A stretch of DNA of 63,386 nt, counting the filler. It is 8 parts of 8 records of this genome, joined end to end, with 100 filler letters (N's around TTAATTAATTAA, not from the genome) between each part and the next. Parts side by side here need not be neighbours in the genome. Positions count along the whole stretch, not along the records: positions 5,554 to 10,712 come from SRR31156797_43008; positions 10,813 to 18,984 come from SRR31156797_43034; positions 19,085 to 29,816 come from SRR31156797_43053; 5 more parts are not named here. One strand, given 5' to 3'. The translations under genes and the position numbers were made by a program. The notes under the pieces were generated by a model, which did not search any database, was not told the origin of the DNA, and saw only the letters and a list, made by a program, of their open reading frames with translations. Position 1 is the stretch's first letter. Every line of letters starts with the position of its first letter. Below are positions 9,603 through 20,607 of this stretch, in pieces.

Positions 9603-10712
9603 ATGAAAAAGATATTATCAGTACTCATCGCGCTTCTCATGGTTTTCTCCCTTTTTGCGTGCAGCAATGGCTCGGAAAACACTACATCTCCCGAAGATAG
9701 CAGCACAGCTCCGAGCGCGTCTCCCAGTACAGCTCCGGAATCGAATCCTCCGGAAGAATCCCAGTCTCCGGAATCAAACGCGCCGGCTGATCCCTCTGAA
9801 AACGCAGACGATATCGGATTTTTCTATGCGCTGGACCCGGCGTCCAGAGATACCTATAACATCGTATTTGCCTATCCCAGACCGATGACGCTTATGCAAA
9901 ACGTCACAAACGTCCTGGAGGAACTGGCGCCTAAACTGAATTACAACATCTCCACAACAACCGGTGACAACGATATCGATGTTTATATTCAGAATCTAGA
10001 GATTCTCGCTACGCAGGGTACAGACGGCTTTATCAATGTCATCGACCCTACGGCCTCTGATCGCATTGTCGAAGTCCTCGATGAGCTTGGCCTTCCGTAC
10101 ATTGCATTCCTCAATACTGTTAAGGATGAAGAAGGGCACGCAATCGTCCCGTGCGTTGCGCTTGACGGCTATGCCTGCGGTCAGATGGAAATCCAGTGGC
10201 TCTACGACAACTATAAGACTTACTGGGGTGACATCGACACTTCAAAAATCGGTCTGATTGATATTACATGGTCAGCCAATACGGAATTTGAAGACCGTTA
10301 CAACGGTGCTTTGAATAAATTTAAGGAACTGTTCCCCGACAATGACAAGATATTTACGGCCGACGGGATCACGGGCGGTATGGACGCCGACACCGGCTTT
10401 AACATAACATCGCCGATTTTCACCGCCAATGCCGACGTGGAGTACTGGTTTGTTGCCTCCTGTCTTGAGATGTATTCACAGGGCGCGGCCCGCGCGGCTG
10501 AAAGCATCGGTATTGAAGACAATGTCCTCGTTACGGATGTAGGCAGCGATGTTCTGAGTGCCGAATGGGATAACGGCTATGAAGGCTGCTGGGTATCGTG
10601 TGTGGCCATATCCGATTATCAATATACGGTCCCGACGATCTGCGGCCTGATCTCGATGCTCGACGGTCAGTCCACGCCGGAAACCCTGTGGGCCAGCAAG
10701 AGAGCGGAAGGC
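9603..10712 (+). CDS. Periplasmic sugar-binding-type lipoprotein (3' truncated)
   Basis: Lipobox LFAC, Ser/Pro/Glu-rich linker, type I periplasmic-binding-like sequence. Confidence 0.7.
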
Positions 10713-10812
10713 NNNNNNNNNNNNNNNNNNNNNNNNNNNNNNNNNNNNNNNNNNNNTTAATTAATTAANNNNNNNNNNNNNNNNNNNNNNNNNNNNNNNN
10801 NNNNNNNNNNNN
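10713..10812. other. Artificial contig spacer
   Basis: N-run with TTAATTAATTAA. Confidence 0.98.
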
Positions 10813-12042
10813 ATGTTCGTTCCCGAACTTGCCCATGTATGTATTGTACGCACGGATATACTCGGCATGCGGCCAGATCAGTGGTATCGTAACATAAGCC
10901 AGACCATCCTCCCACTTAGGATGGGATCTTATGTTTTCGATCATCGTCAGTTTGCTGTCCCTCAGGATCTTTGCATTAGTATAATCCTCCAGCCAGAGTT
11001 CGAACCTGTCTATGGTGGAGATATGCTCGGGAAGCATCTCATTGTGTGCCATGTCCACCACCCATCCCAGATACAACTCGGCCATGTCCTGATTATCGGT
11101 CACAGCATAATGATTTGCAAGCTGGCAGGTGAAATGGCACCACGGTCCATAGCCGCCGTTATTCCTTCCCCAATACTCGGGATAACGGTTAAGGCCGCCT
11201 ATCTCAGGGTCCCAGAGCCTTTCATGTATCCTCTTAACAGTGGACCTTATCTTGACGTCATGGTCACTCAGAAGCCCGAAGTATGCAGGTGAGTATTCCA
11301 CCGCATCAACATCAATAACAGTCGAGGCAAACGCATCATAGCCTATGGGTTCACTGTTGCGGTCCTTGACCCTTATACATTTGATGAATGATCTTCTTCT
11401 GGGACTGTAAAGTCTTGTCAGTATGGATTCCCTGACCTTCTCCGCCTCTACTTTCCACTCAGAGACTTCCTTGTCGATGACCTCACCCATCTTCACAGCT
11501 GCCAGAACACCGGCACAACATGCACAGTTGGCATATATCTCGAAACCATGCTCGTAGGCAGGATACTCATGAATACTGTTTATGGTATGAATGAGATCGA
11601 CCTCTGCGTTCTTGTTCATGAGGATGAACTCAACTGCCTTGGTGATCTGTCCCCAGTACTTTTCCACAAACTCCCGATCTGCCATCTCGTCGAAGAAGGA
11701 GGCTCCTGTGGCCTCGAAGTATTTGCCCATGGCAAAGAGGACAAGACCGTTACCATCTATCTGAAGGTCCTTGTAGCTTGCATCATTGCCATCTACGTCA
11801 TACCTCTGGGAAAATTCACCAATGGGTTTCTGTGAATTCAGGACAAATTCAAGTCCTTTTTTTGCTTCGTCAAGCATTCCTGCTGAAATAGCTCCGAGGA
11901 TATCTACTGAATGATCCCTTGGATAGATGAACGGATAACGGGTTCCAGGAGGACTCGCATAGAAACCTCCTTTTTCGTGCTGGTTTTCTTTTAGTATCCG
12001 TACACTGTTCTCATATAGTTTGGTAGCCTCAGGGATATTCAG
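10813..12042 (-). CDS. Glycoside hydrolase family 15-like (glucoamylase-type) protein; probable CTG/ATA start, 3' end at contig edge
   Basis: The frame stays open 55 codons upstream of the track ATG and encodes GGFYASPPGTRYPFIYPRD; also has GLNRY, LPEH and PLIWPHAEY. Confidence 0.75.
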
Positions 12043-12064
12043 TATATCAACTCCTTTTTAGGTT

Positions 12065-12592
12065 CTACTTCTCAATGTATTCCACTTTACAAACACTGAA
12101 AGCACGATCAAGTAACTTATTGACCTGCTGCCTTGTCATCCGTGCCCTTTCAATGGCATCATCATTGTAGACTTTGACATTGTTCACCACAGACTTGCTG
12201 CCTACATTATATATGTGGGCTTTTGCAAGCTCTGCGCGACGTCTGACATAACTATACTGAAGTATGCCGAGCACGCTTGAAAGAGCCGGGTAGTTCCACG
12301 GGTCTTTTGACTCCTTTTTCTGTTTATTTGCATAATTAAGCAGTTCATTGAACTGCGAAGGAGTTCCGCCATATAGGTTCATGAAATCCACGATTTCGTT
12401 GCCAAATGGACAGATAGGCAGATAGTTGATGTCGTCCTCCCAGGCTCCCTCAAATCCCGGACCTTCGATCTCAGCCAGTTTGGTACCAAGGGTAGTGATC
12501 CATTCATAGGTCTTCTCAACACCTGAGATATCCACCATTTCAACTATCCCCATTAAGAATGCTTTTGGAAGTATATTCTTTAGTCGTATCAT
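12065..12592 (-). CDS. Hypothetical archaeal protein (CPF motif, possibly V4R/output-domain-like)
   Basis: Intact ORF with GGAG RBS before MIRLKN; between GpgP and GH15 on the same strand. Confidence 0.6.
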   Translation of the reverse strand: MIRLKNILPKAFLMGIVEMVDISGVEKTYEWITTLGTKLAEIEGPGFEGAWEDDINYLPICPFGNEIVDFMNLYGGTPSQFNELLNYANKQKKESKDPWNYPALSSVLGILQYSYVRRRAELAKAHIYNVGSKSVVNNVKVYNDDAIERARMTRQQVNKLLDRAFSVCKVEYIEK

Positions 12593-12739
12593 CTCGTTTC
12601 CCACTCCCTGATGATTTTGACGCAACACTTTCTGAACTTAAACAAACGTCCTGATTATCGGATAGTATGAAATTCGATGTTACGTCTACCTTCTATATTT
12701 ATCTGTACTAAGAGTATAAATAATTTAGAGATGGAAATA

Positions 12740-13543
12740 TTATTTCAAAAGTTCAGATATAGCCATGTTCCATCCCACCGGACCAATGCCCTCAACCCTG
12801 TTTACCTTCCAATCGGTGATGTTCTTATCATGCTCAGCGTTGTGTTTCTGTACAAGGAATGGAACATCGACTACTTTCAGCATGGAATAGTCATTGAGGC
12901 TGTCACCAAGCCCGATCGTCGTGACTTCATCAAACTGCTTGCGATAGATCTGCGCGAGGATGTTGACAGCTTTCCCCTTATCGTTGTCACCAATGATGTG
13001 CCAGTACCTGCCACCACGGGTATAGTTAAGTCCGCTTGCCTGTATACTCTTGATTAGCTTTTCAGCATCTTCTTCATCGCCATCCAGTTTGAAGGCCTCA
13101 TCATACTCCCGCTGTTTCGCAAGACGTGCAGACTCAATGTCCAGCCCTGTATCCTCGCTTACCTCTGCATCGGTCATGTCACCAAAACCAACTATCTTAA
13201 GATCCTCTGACGCTGCAATATCCAATAGCACAGTCCTCAGGAGATTATAATCCGTTCCCAGCTCTATGATATCGTACTTATCAGTGGACCGGGAAGATAC
13301 AAAATCAACGTCAAAATAGTCGTGAGGAATAAAAATAGCCCCGCCATTCTCGGATATGAACGGATGCCCCACACCCAGTTCATTCACATAGACCTCGATC
13401 TCAGCCCGGGTCTTGCTGGTGCAGAATATCAGCGGTATTCCCTTCTCTTTAAGCATACCTATTGCCGGTAACGCTGCCTCATACGAGTATGTGTCATGGT
13501 CTACCAGGGTTCCGTCCAGATCTGTAAAAACAATGTATTGCAT
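12740..13543 (-). CDS. Mannosyl/glucosyl-3-phosphoglycerate phosphatase (HAD IIB, MpgP/GpgP)
   Basis: FTDLDGTL, TSKTRAE, ISENGG, REYDE, GGRYWH and GDSLND motifs. Confidence 0.9.
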   Translation of the reverse strand: MQYIVFTDLDGTLVDHDTYSYEAALPAIGMLKEKGIPLIFCTSKTRAEIEVYVNELGVGHPFISENGGAIFIPHDYFDVDFVSSRSTDKYDIIELGTDYNLLRTVLLDIAASEDLKIVGFGDMTDAEVSEDTGLDIESARLAKQREYDEAFKLDGDEEDAEKLIKSIQASGLNYTRGGRYWHIIGDNDKGKAVNILAQIYRKQFDEVTTIGLGDSLNDYSMLKVVDVPFLVQKHNAEHDKNITDWKVNRVEGIGPVGWNMAISELLK

Positions 13544-13739
13544 GTGTACTACTCCCCCTAAATGATGATAGTGGTATTTTGTTGGCGATGTGTTTTATAG
13601 TGATTGGATGTGTCACGCAATAAACTAGAACAAATTTGTCCTTATGTTCACTAAACTGTAACCACATATTATAAAATAATTAAAGGTTAAACCTATAAAT
13701 ATACTCATTAAATAAAGTATATAACTTACATTTCAGAGC

Positions 13740-15728
13740 ATGGATAAACTCATGAGTGAACAAGATAAAGCCCATAAATTGGCCAATAGTAGATTTTCCA
13801 GAAGACGCTCTAAAGCACTTGATATATATGAATGGAACATTCAAGATTTTCATGAAAAAGAAACATTATGGAAAGATCTTCTTTCTCTGTCCAAAGACAC
13901 AAGAATATGGTCTCAAGCTAGCTGGCTATTAACTAAAACTTACAAAGATGTTCCGGATAAAACAAGCGCTTATAAAGACATACAACAGTTGACTTATGAT
14001 AGGAGCTATCAAAATAGATATGTTGCCGCATATATAATTGGTAATGTTTTTAAGGATATACCAGAACCTAATTTAGCTTGGGAAGACTTAAAAAGATTAG
14101 TTAATGACAGTAATGACAAAGTTAAATATTCAGCGATTTTGTCAATTGGCTCAAATTTCAAACATATTTCTGATAAAGAAAATGCGTGGGAAATTCTTTT
14201 TAAAATGGGAAACTCAAACAAGAGCATTCTACGCTTGGGTGCAGCTTTTACTATTGGACTAGTAATTCAGCATGAATCATTCAGAAATCCAGCTTATTCT
14301 CTTTTTCAAAAAATTATACGAGATGAGGAACCTGCTGTTGTAACAAGAGCATTGGTTTCAACATTACGCCATCCTGAATCATTTCCGGATATAAACTTGC
14401 TCTGTAACGATGTCAAAGGTTTGGCTAACAACAAAAATGAATCAATCCGAACACTTTCGATAATTGTACTTGATTCAATTTATCGCTACATTCCAAAAGA
14501 AAAAAGTATACTTGATCTATTGTATCAATGTTCAAGTCATGAGAAAAAGAAAGTAAAATCAGCCGCATTAGATGCTTTAATTTCAAATTTTAATATTATT
14601 GAAGACAAAAAAAAGACTTGGATATATATCCACAAAGCTGTAAAAGATAGAAAGATAAAGGACTCTACAAGGGAAGAAATTGCAATTTTTATAGGAGAAT
14701 CATTCAGCAAAATTCCATGCGAAAACGATGTTCGAGAAGATATATTGCTACTGACTAAAAATAAGCACACCAAAAGTTCAATAGCATATTCCTGTACAAA
14801 AATTGCAGAGTCTTTTTTTGAAGAAAAAAACTACTCAAAATCTGCCGAGTATTTTAATTTTGCATCAAAAGCATATAGTGTCCATACATTACTAGGCAAA
14901 GACTCACGATATTATTATTCGGAGAGCTTATACAATTACTGCAAAGGAAGAGAAAAAATACAGATTCTCCCAGATATACTTGACCCATATGAAAAAACTC
15001 AGCATCTTAAAGAGTGCATTGGACACTTTAAAAAAGCTACAAAATATGCTGGCAAGGACCGTGTACTTTTTTCAAATGAAGAGTTCGATTCAATAAATAT
15101 ATGTAATTCAGTTTATTCTGCATATTACAAATACAATTTGGCATTTTCAAACATGGATGAAAGATACCTGTACGAAGTAAAGCAGGATATTGAGAATGCA
15201 AAATGCTGTTGTTCTTCAATAAATACTAGACATTCCTCCTACAGTTTTTATAGTAGCTCTCTTTTGTCAAAAAAACAAATTAACACTTCGACAAAAGTAA
15301 AAAAAGAAGAAGAGATTGTAAGTCTACTGGAAGGATTAACAAACACTTTAGATGAATGTATCACAGGAAAAAAGCTAGAGAATGATAAAGAAAAAGCTAG
15401 CATTAAAGGCAAAGGACTAGGAATCGACTCTCAATACAAAACGTCAATAAATAAAATAAAACAAAATGTAGAAAATAATTTCTCCGAGATTGACACCCTA
15501 ATTAAAGACTTGGAAGCACCTACGTTCAAAAGAATAGCAGAGCATGAAAAGAATAATCTCAAAAACCTTGTTGATGAGGAAAATATTACGAATATATTGC
15601 CTCTAAATAAATTAGAAATAATAAAAAATCAGTTTTTTAGATTCAAAAATACAATCTGGGGACTTGTCAAGGCATTTTCAATAATAGTAGCACTAGTAGT
15701 TGGCATTCATACAATTCTATCCCTTTGA
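13740..15728 (+). CDS. HEAT/PBS-lyase-like repeat protein with C-terminal TM anchor
   Basis: Repeats of the form AWEDLKRLVND..KVKYSA; C-terminal hydrophobic segment; more AT-rich than its neighbours. Confidence 0.75.
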   Translation: MDKLMSEQDKAHKLANSRFSRRRSKALDIYEWNIQDFHEKETLWKDLLSLSKDTRIWSQASWLLTKTYKDVPDKTSAYKDIQQLTYDRSYQNRYVAAYIIGNVFKDIPEPNLAWEDLKRLVNDSNDKVKYSAILSIGSNFKHISDKENAWEILFKMGNSNKSILRLGAAFTIGLVIQHESFRNPAYSLFQKIIRDEEPAVVTRALVSTLRHPESFPDINLLCNDVKGLANNKNESIRTLSIIVLDSIYRYIPKEKSILDLLYQCSSHEKKKVKSAALDALISNFNIIEDKKKTWIYIHKAVKDRKIKDSTREEIAIFIGESFSKIPCENDVREDILLLTKNKHTKSSIAYSCTKIAESFFEEKNYSKSAEYFNFASKAYSVHTLLGKDSRYYYSESLYNYCKGREKIQILPDILDPYEKTQHLKECIGHFKKATKYAGKDRVLFSNEEFDSINICNSVYSAYYKYNLAFSNMDERYLYEVKQDIENAKCCCSSINTRHSSYSFYSSSLLSKKQINTSTKVKKEEEIVSLLEGLTNTLDECITGKKLENDKEKASIKGKGLGIDSQYKTSINKIKQNVENNFSEIDTLIKDLEAPTFKRIAEHEKNNLKNLVDEENITNILPLNKLEIIKNQFFRFKNTIWGLVKAFSIIVALVVGIHTILSL

Positions 15729-15761
15729 AGAAGGGATAGTTCTGTGTTAAACCATTTGTTC

Positions 15762-17243
15762 TTATTTATTCTCCATCACAAAATCCACAAAACTACCAGC
15801 GAACTCCCGGTAGGAACTCGCAACCAGATGAGCATAGCAGCCAAGTGTATTATCAACAGTCAGTCCGTCCCAGCCATCAATTATGCCGGTTCCACGGGAG
15901 AGTTTGATAGCGAACTTCGCATCTTTCGGGATATCTGTCACTTCAGAATGGTGGAACTCATGGCCGCGGAAGGAATTTCCTGTTTTGCCAATAACCGAAT
16001 CCATTGCAAGTTCGCCAATATTATAACTGACAACACGCTTGTGACCCATGAGACTATGCCCGGGAAGTGCACCGACCATATCATGAGTGGATTCCGGCAT
16101 GTCTGCCATGTTGTGAGCTCCCTTGCCTTTCACCCCTGTGCTGAGTTTTTCGGTCAGGTACATCAAACCGCCGCACTCTGCATAGATAGGCATTCCTGAG
16201 CGCGAGGCATCAAGGACATCCTCACGCATAGATATATTGTTCTCCAGTTCTGCGGCGAAAAGTTCAGGATAGCCGCCGCCAAGGTAGAGTCCGTCCACAT
16301 CGGGCAATTTGCTGTCGTGTATCGGACTGAAGTAATCTATTTTGGCACCTGTCATCTCAAGCAGTTCGAGATTGTCATGATAATAGAAATTAAAAGCCTC
16401 ATCAAGTGCAACACCGATGACCGGACGCTCACCTTCAAGCTCATGCGGGGTGAAAACTGTCTTTGACGGACGCTCAATACCCGGAGCAGCATTAGCCATC
16501 TCCAGTAGTCGGTCTATCTGGATGCCATCCTTGACAGTGTTCTTGATGAAATCGATACGTTCATCGTAATTATCGGCACGGCGGCGTTCCTCTATTGCAG
16601 GAACAAGACCAAGATGCCTCATGGATATCTTCATGGAATTGTTACGGCGTATCACACCGATAACAGGGATATCAGTATAATGTTCTATGGCCTCAGTTGC
16701 TTTTTTTGTGTGCCTCGGACCACCTATGTTGTTAAGGATAACACCAACGATATTAACATCCTTGTCGAAGTCCTTGAACCCATTTACAAGAGCTGCAGCC
16801 GAGCGTGTGATGCTCCTCGCATTGATGATAAGAATAACAGAACAATTCAGGATCTTAGCGATTTGTGCAGTGCTACCTGTATCAGTAAAGCTGTCAAATC
16901 CCTCGTAAAGTCCACGGACACCTTCGATGACAGCGATATCAGCATCCTCGCCAACTTCTGCACCGTGAATAAAAACGTCCCTGACACCCTCCTCGTCCAT
17001 AAGGAAACCATCGATATTGCGTGCTCTGCGTCCGCTTATCTCGGTGTAGTAGCTGGGATCGATGTAATCCAGTCCCACCTTATATGGCTGGACCTTGTAA
17101 CCGGCTTCAGTAAGAGCTGCAAGAAGACCTATGGTGATCGTGGTCTTACCTGAGGATGAACTTCCTGCTGACAGGAGAATCCTTGGTATTTCCTTCTTTC
17201 CCATAGTATCCTTAGTTCCCGGATTTTGAGGGTCTTCAGACAT
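15762..17243 (-). CDS. cfbB: Ni-sirohydrochlorin a,c-diamide synthase (coenzyme F430 synthesis)
   Basis: CobB/CbiA-like SSSGKTT, KVGLDYIDP, AECGG and GHEFH motifs; directly downstream of cfbC and cfbD. Confidence 0.88.
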   Translation of the reverse strand: MSEDPQNPGTKDTMGKKEIPRILLSAGSSSSGKTTITIGLLAALTEAGYKVQPYKVGLDYIDPSYYTEISGRRARNIDGFLMDEEGVRDVFIHGAEVGEDADIAVIEGVRGLYEGFDSFTDTGSTAQIAKILNCSVILIINARSITRSAAALVNGFKDFDKDVNIVGVILNNIGGPRHTKKATEAIEHYTDIPVIGVIRRNNSMKISMRHLGLVPAIEERRRADNYDERIDFIKNTVKDGIQIDRLLEMANAAPGIERPSKTVFTPHELEGERPVIGVALDEAFNFYYHDNLELLEMTGAKIDYFSPIHDSKLPDVDGLYLGGGYPELFAAELENNISMREDVLDASRSGMPIYAECGGLMYLTEKLSTGVKGKGAHNMADMPESTHDMVGALPGHSLMGHKRVVSYNIGELAMDSVIGKTGNSFRGHEFHHSEVTDIPKDAKFAIKLSRGTGIIDGWDGLTVDNTLGCYAHLVASSYREFAGSFVDFVMENK

Positions 17244-17254
17244 AATATCAAACC

Positions 17255-18046
17255 TCAACGTGTGAGTTCACGCAGCCTTTCATCTTCAAGTGATGAAGGC
17301 ATCACGGAACCCTCGTTGGACATAATAGCATGTGCAAGATCACGATATACTCCGGCAACGGTGGAATCAGGAGCTTTTTCAAGTACGGAGAAACCATCCC
17401 TTTCACAATCCTGGACTATCTGCTCCTTTGGTATAAAAGCCATGAGCTTGCTTCCGATTTCCTCGGAAAACTTTCTCACAATATCCTCTTCCCTTGTGAC
17501 ACTTCTAGAATTGCAAATGATGCCGGAAAGAGGTGTATTGATCTTGGCAAGTCCCTTACAGATATTGTTTGCAGCGTAAAGCGGCATGTACTCGCCGGAT
17601 GTAAGGATGTAAGCCTCGTTCACAAGTCCCTTGCGAATTGGTGCGACAAAACCGCCACACACGATGTCTCCCGGAACGTCATAGATTATCAGGTCCATAT
17701 CATCAATGGACTTGCACATTTGCTTAAGTTTCTGGATCGCAACGATAATTCCGCGTCCTGCACAACCGATTCCAGGCTCAGGACCACCTACTTCCACGCA
17801 TTTAACACCCTTGTATCCTTCATGAACGATGTCTTCTTCTTTGACATCGATCTTCTGCCTGAGAAGATCAAGGATGGTTGGAATCCTCTTACCACCAAGG
17901 AGTGTTATGGATGAATCGCTCTTCGGATCACATCCGATTATCATGACACTGTAGCCTTCATCGGCACAAGCTGCTGCAACATTGGAAGCGGTACTGGATT
18001 TTCCTATTCCGCCTTTTCCGTAAATGGCTATTCTCTTCTGTTCCAT
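17255..18046 (-). CDS. cfbC: Ni-sirohydrochlorin a,c-diamide reductive cyclase, NifH-like subunit
   Basis: [22 protein letters not shown] and [11 protein letters not shown] motifs. Confidence 0.92.
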   Translation of the reverse strand: MEQKRIAIYGKGGIGKSSTASNVAAACADEGYSVMIIGCDPKSDSSITLLGGKRIPTILDLLRQKIDVKEEDIVHEGYKGVKCVEVGGPEPGIGCAGRGIIVAIQKLKQMCKSIDDMDLIIYDVPGDIVCGGFVAPIRKGLVNEAYILTSGEYMPLYAANNICKGLAKINTPLSGIICNSRSVTREEDIVRKFSEEIGSKLMAFIPKEQIVQDCERDGFSVLEKAPDSTVAGVYRDLAHAIMSNEGSVMPSSLEDERLRELTR

Positions 18047-18984
18047 CAGGCTGCCTCCTCATTCTGCATGTCCTTTGCCACCTCGCGCATTGTTGCTCCG
18101 AACTCGGATTCAACGATATTGCTCACGCCAAGGGTCTTCGGGTGCAGGTCAATCTCGACAATGACATTGGAATGTCCCATATCTTTCAGCGGGAAGACCT
18201 GTCTCGGACCGTTGGTCACAGAGATCACATCCATGTCCTTGAGATTGTCCATTGGTATCGCATGTGGCACACCTGTGATAACAGCAAAATCGAAGTCACT
18301 GTATTTCTCAGCAATGAGTTCACTGACCTTCTCACCTGCGATAGGGTACTCATCCATACCGCCGATGACCTCATGAATTGGGACTCCTTTCTCATTCAAG
18401 TCGTTCATGATACTGGTTGCGTGATGGCGTACACGTGGAAGACCAAGAGTATCGTCCACATTTGCCATGTTGATGACATTGTCCTCAACACCAAGTTGTG
18501 CAGCCACTTCATTGATAGCAACGGTGATATCAGCAAACATGTAGCCGGTTTCCTTCTTGGCATTCATGATCGTGAGGCATTTCTTGCCTTCCTTCAGGTA
18601 ATTGATAACTTTCTCAGCGACCTTGTATTTCAGGTCACCGCGTGAAGGGACAAGATATTCCTTGCTTGCTGCACCGTGGCGTTTCTCAACATTTGTCGCT
18701 TCCTCAAGCAGTACTTTCTGCCTTTCAAGTTCATCATCGTCAATGACGCCTGCCTCACATGCGGACTCAAGTGCTATCAACACACCTTTTGTGTTGTTAG
18801 GGTATCCTGCATGCACTTCAACCTCTATGACAGGCACATCAAGATTAGCATCCTGAATTGGCTCACGGAGCTCCTCACCGATAATCATACTGGCGCATGT
18901 TCCCACAACACCGATGAGTTTCGGGTTGAACATCTCATTTGCCTTCTCCAGCAGGGAGGAAAGTTCATCACGTCCTCCGAAGAC
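18046..18984 (-). CDS. cfbD: Ni-sirohydrochlorin a,c-diamide reductive cyclase, NifD-like subunit (5' truncated)
   Basis: [23 protein letters not shown] and [10 protein letters not shown] motifs; overlaps the cfbC start. Confidence 0.88.
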   Translation of the reverse strand, partial: VFGGRDELSSLLEKANEMFNPKLIGVVGTCASMIIGEELREPIQDANLDVPVIEVEVHAGYPNNTKGVLIALESACEAGVIDDDELERQKVLLEEATNVEKRHGAASKEYLVPSRGDLKYKVAEKVINYLKEGKKCLTIMNAKKETGYMFADITVAINEVAAQLGVEDNVINMANVDDTLGLPRVRHHATSIMNDLNEKGVPIHEVIGGMDEYPIAGEKVSELIAEKYSDFDFAVITGVPHAIPMDNLKDMDVISVTNGPRQVFPLKDMGHSNVIVEIDLHPKTLGVSNIVESEFGATMREVAKDMQNEEAA

Positions 18985-19084
18985 NNNNNNNNNNNNNNNN
19001 NNNNNNNNNNNNNNNNNNNNNNNNNNNNTTAATTAATTAANNNNNNNNNNNNNNNNNNNNNNNNNNNNNNNNNNNNNNNNNNNN
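18985..19084. other. Artificial contig spacer
   Basis: N-run with TTAATTAATTAA. Confidence 0.98.
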
Positions 19085-19344
19085 CATGGCTCCGACGCCC
19101 CTGAAACCGCGGCTTTTGAAATCGGTTACTTTTTCAATTCCCTTGAAATAATCGGCTGACAATTTAAAATGTATTATTACGGGAAAGGAGACCTTTCTTT
19201 TCCCGTAACTCTCTGGCCGATCGAATGTTTCCGTTGAAATAATTGTTTTTTCGGAAGCCTGGCGGTCGAGGGCGTCTTCTTTGGGAGTTGGAAACTGCTC
19301 TTTAGAAAAGAGAAAAATCATTTATAGAAAACGGGGGAATTTTC

Positions 19345-20541
19345 GTGATCCATAATTACAGGTTTATTTTAAAATCCGTATTAGTTACTGCCCTTTTGAT
19401 GATTACGGTCTTTGTCGGCGGCGTGTCGGCCCAGGATTCCAGCGTATCCACATCCGTGTCTCAAAAAGTAACAACCGCCGCGGCGCCGGCCAAACAGCCG
19501 GAATTTCCCCCGATACCTGATTATTATCTTCCTAAAAAAATTACATTATGCGGCGAAACGATTCCCCTGCACGACCGGGACGCGTATGAGCGCATGGAGT
19601 ATGAATTTTTACTGGTCGTGAACGGCAGGCTGCAGATGGCTCTTTGGCAGAGAAGAGTCGGCAGGTATTTTCCTCATATAGAAAAAGAGTTGGCCAAAGC
19701 CGGGTTGCCCGATGACTTGAAGTATCTCGCCGTCGCCGAAAGCGACCTGAGGACCCACGTGCGTTCGCATGCAAATGCAGTAGGGACGTGGCAGTTTATC
19801 GAGTATACGGGCCGAAGATACGGCCTCAGGAAAGACAAGAAATTCGATGAGCGATTGAATTTTGAACAATCCACGACGGCAGCGATCAAATATTTGAAAA
19901 GGCTGAAGAATATGTTCGGAAAATGGACGCTGGCCATGGCCGCCTATAATTGCGGCGAGGGCTGTGTGGCCAAGGCTATAAAAGAACAGGAAGTAAAGGA
20001 TTATTTCAGGCTGAATCTACCCAGGGAGACCGAAAGGTACGTTTATCGTATCGCTGCTATAAAAATGCTTTTGGAAAATCCCGGCAAGTACGGGTATTCT
20101 ATAGCGCCGGAAAGGGTTTATAAACCCGTGAACGTAGACAGGGTTCGCGTCAACCTGAGTAAGCAAATACATTTTACCAGGGCGGCCAAAGCTATCGGGA
20201 CGGATTACAAGGTTTTGAAGGAAATGAATCCCGAAATCAAGGGCGCATATTTGCCCGAAGGCACGTACAACCTGTCGGTCCCCGCTGGAAAAGGGGCGAA
20301 ATTTACAGCCTATTTAAAATCATCCGGCAGCATGGCCGCTGCTGGGACGACATCGAAGACAAGTAAGGTCAAGACTTCCAAAACTACAAAAAAATCGAGT
20401 AAATATTATACTGTCAGGCGCGGGGACACTCTCGCGCGAATATCCCAAAAAACCGGAGTATCCATGAGCCAGCTTCGCAGACTGAACGGTATAAAGGGCT
20501 CGCATATCTGGGTCGGACAAAAGCTTCGCCTTTCCAACTAA
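19345..20541 (+). CDS. MltD-like lytic transglycosylase with LysM domain
   Basis: Signal peptide; SLT motifs AVAES, AVGTWQF, AAYNCG and ETERYV; C-terminal YTVRRGDTL LysM. Confidence 0.92.
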   Translation: MIHNYRFILKSVLVTALLMITVFVGGVSAQDSSVSTSVSQKVTTAAAPAKQPEFPPIPDYYLPKKITLCGETIPLHDRDAYERMEYEFLLVVNGRLQMALWQRRVGRYFPHIEKELAKAGLPDDLKYLAVAESDLRTHVRSHANAVGTWQFIEYTGRRYGLRKDKKFDERLNFEQSTTAAIKYLKRLKNMFGKWTLAMAAYNCGEGCVAKAIKEQEVKDYFRLNLPRETERYVYRIAAIKMLLENPGKYGYSIAPERVYKPVNVDRVRVNLSKQIHFTRAAKAIGTDYKVLKEMNPEIKGAYLPEGTYNLSVPAGKGAKFTAYLKSSGSMAAAGTTSKTSKVKTSKTTKKSSKYYTVRRGDTLARISQKTGVSMSQLRRLNGIKGSHIWVGQKLRLSN

Positions 20542-20551
20542 CTGTATACGA

Positions 20552-20607
20552 CCGGGTTTTGCAATTTCACCTTGTCCACTGGATAGGGCTTTGATTGCAA
20601 AATCCGG
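20552..20607. terminator. Long stem-loop downstream of the transglycosylase gene
   Basis: CCGGGTTTTGCAAT...ATTGCAAAATCCGG with an inner stem. Confidence 0.55.

Noticed and set aside
17255-18984. Nitrogenase nifH/nifD
   Set aside because: The motifs and the adjacent CobB-like gene indicate cfbC and cfbD.
10813-18984. Pyrrolysine or selenocysteine readthrough in the methanogen contig
   Set aside because: No recognisable gene is interrupted by an in-frame TAG or TGA.
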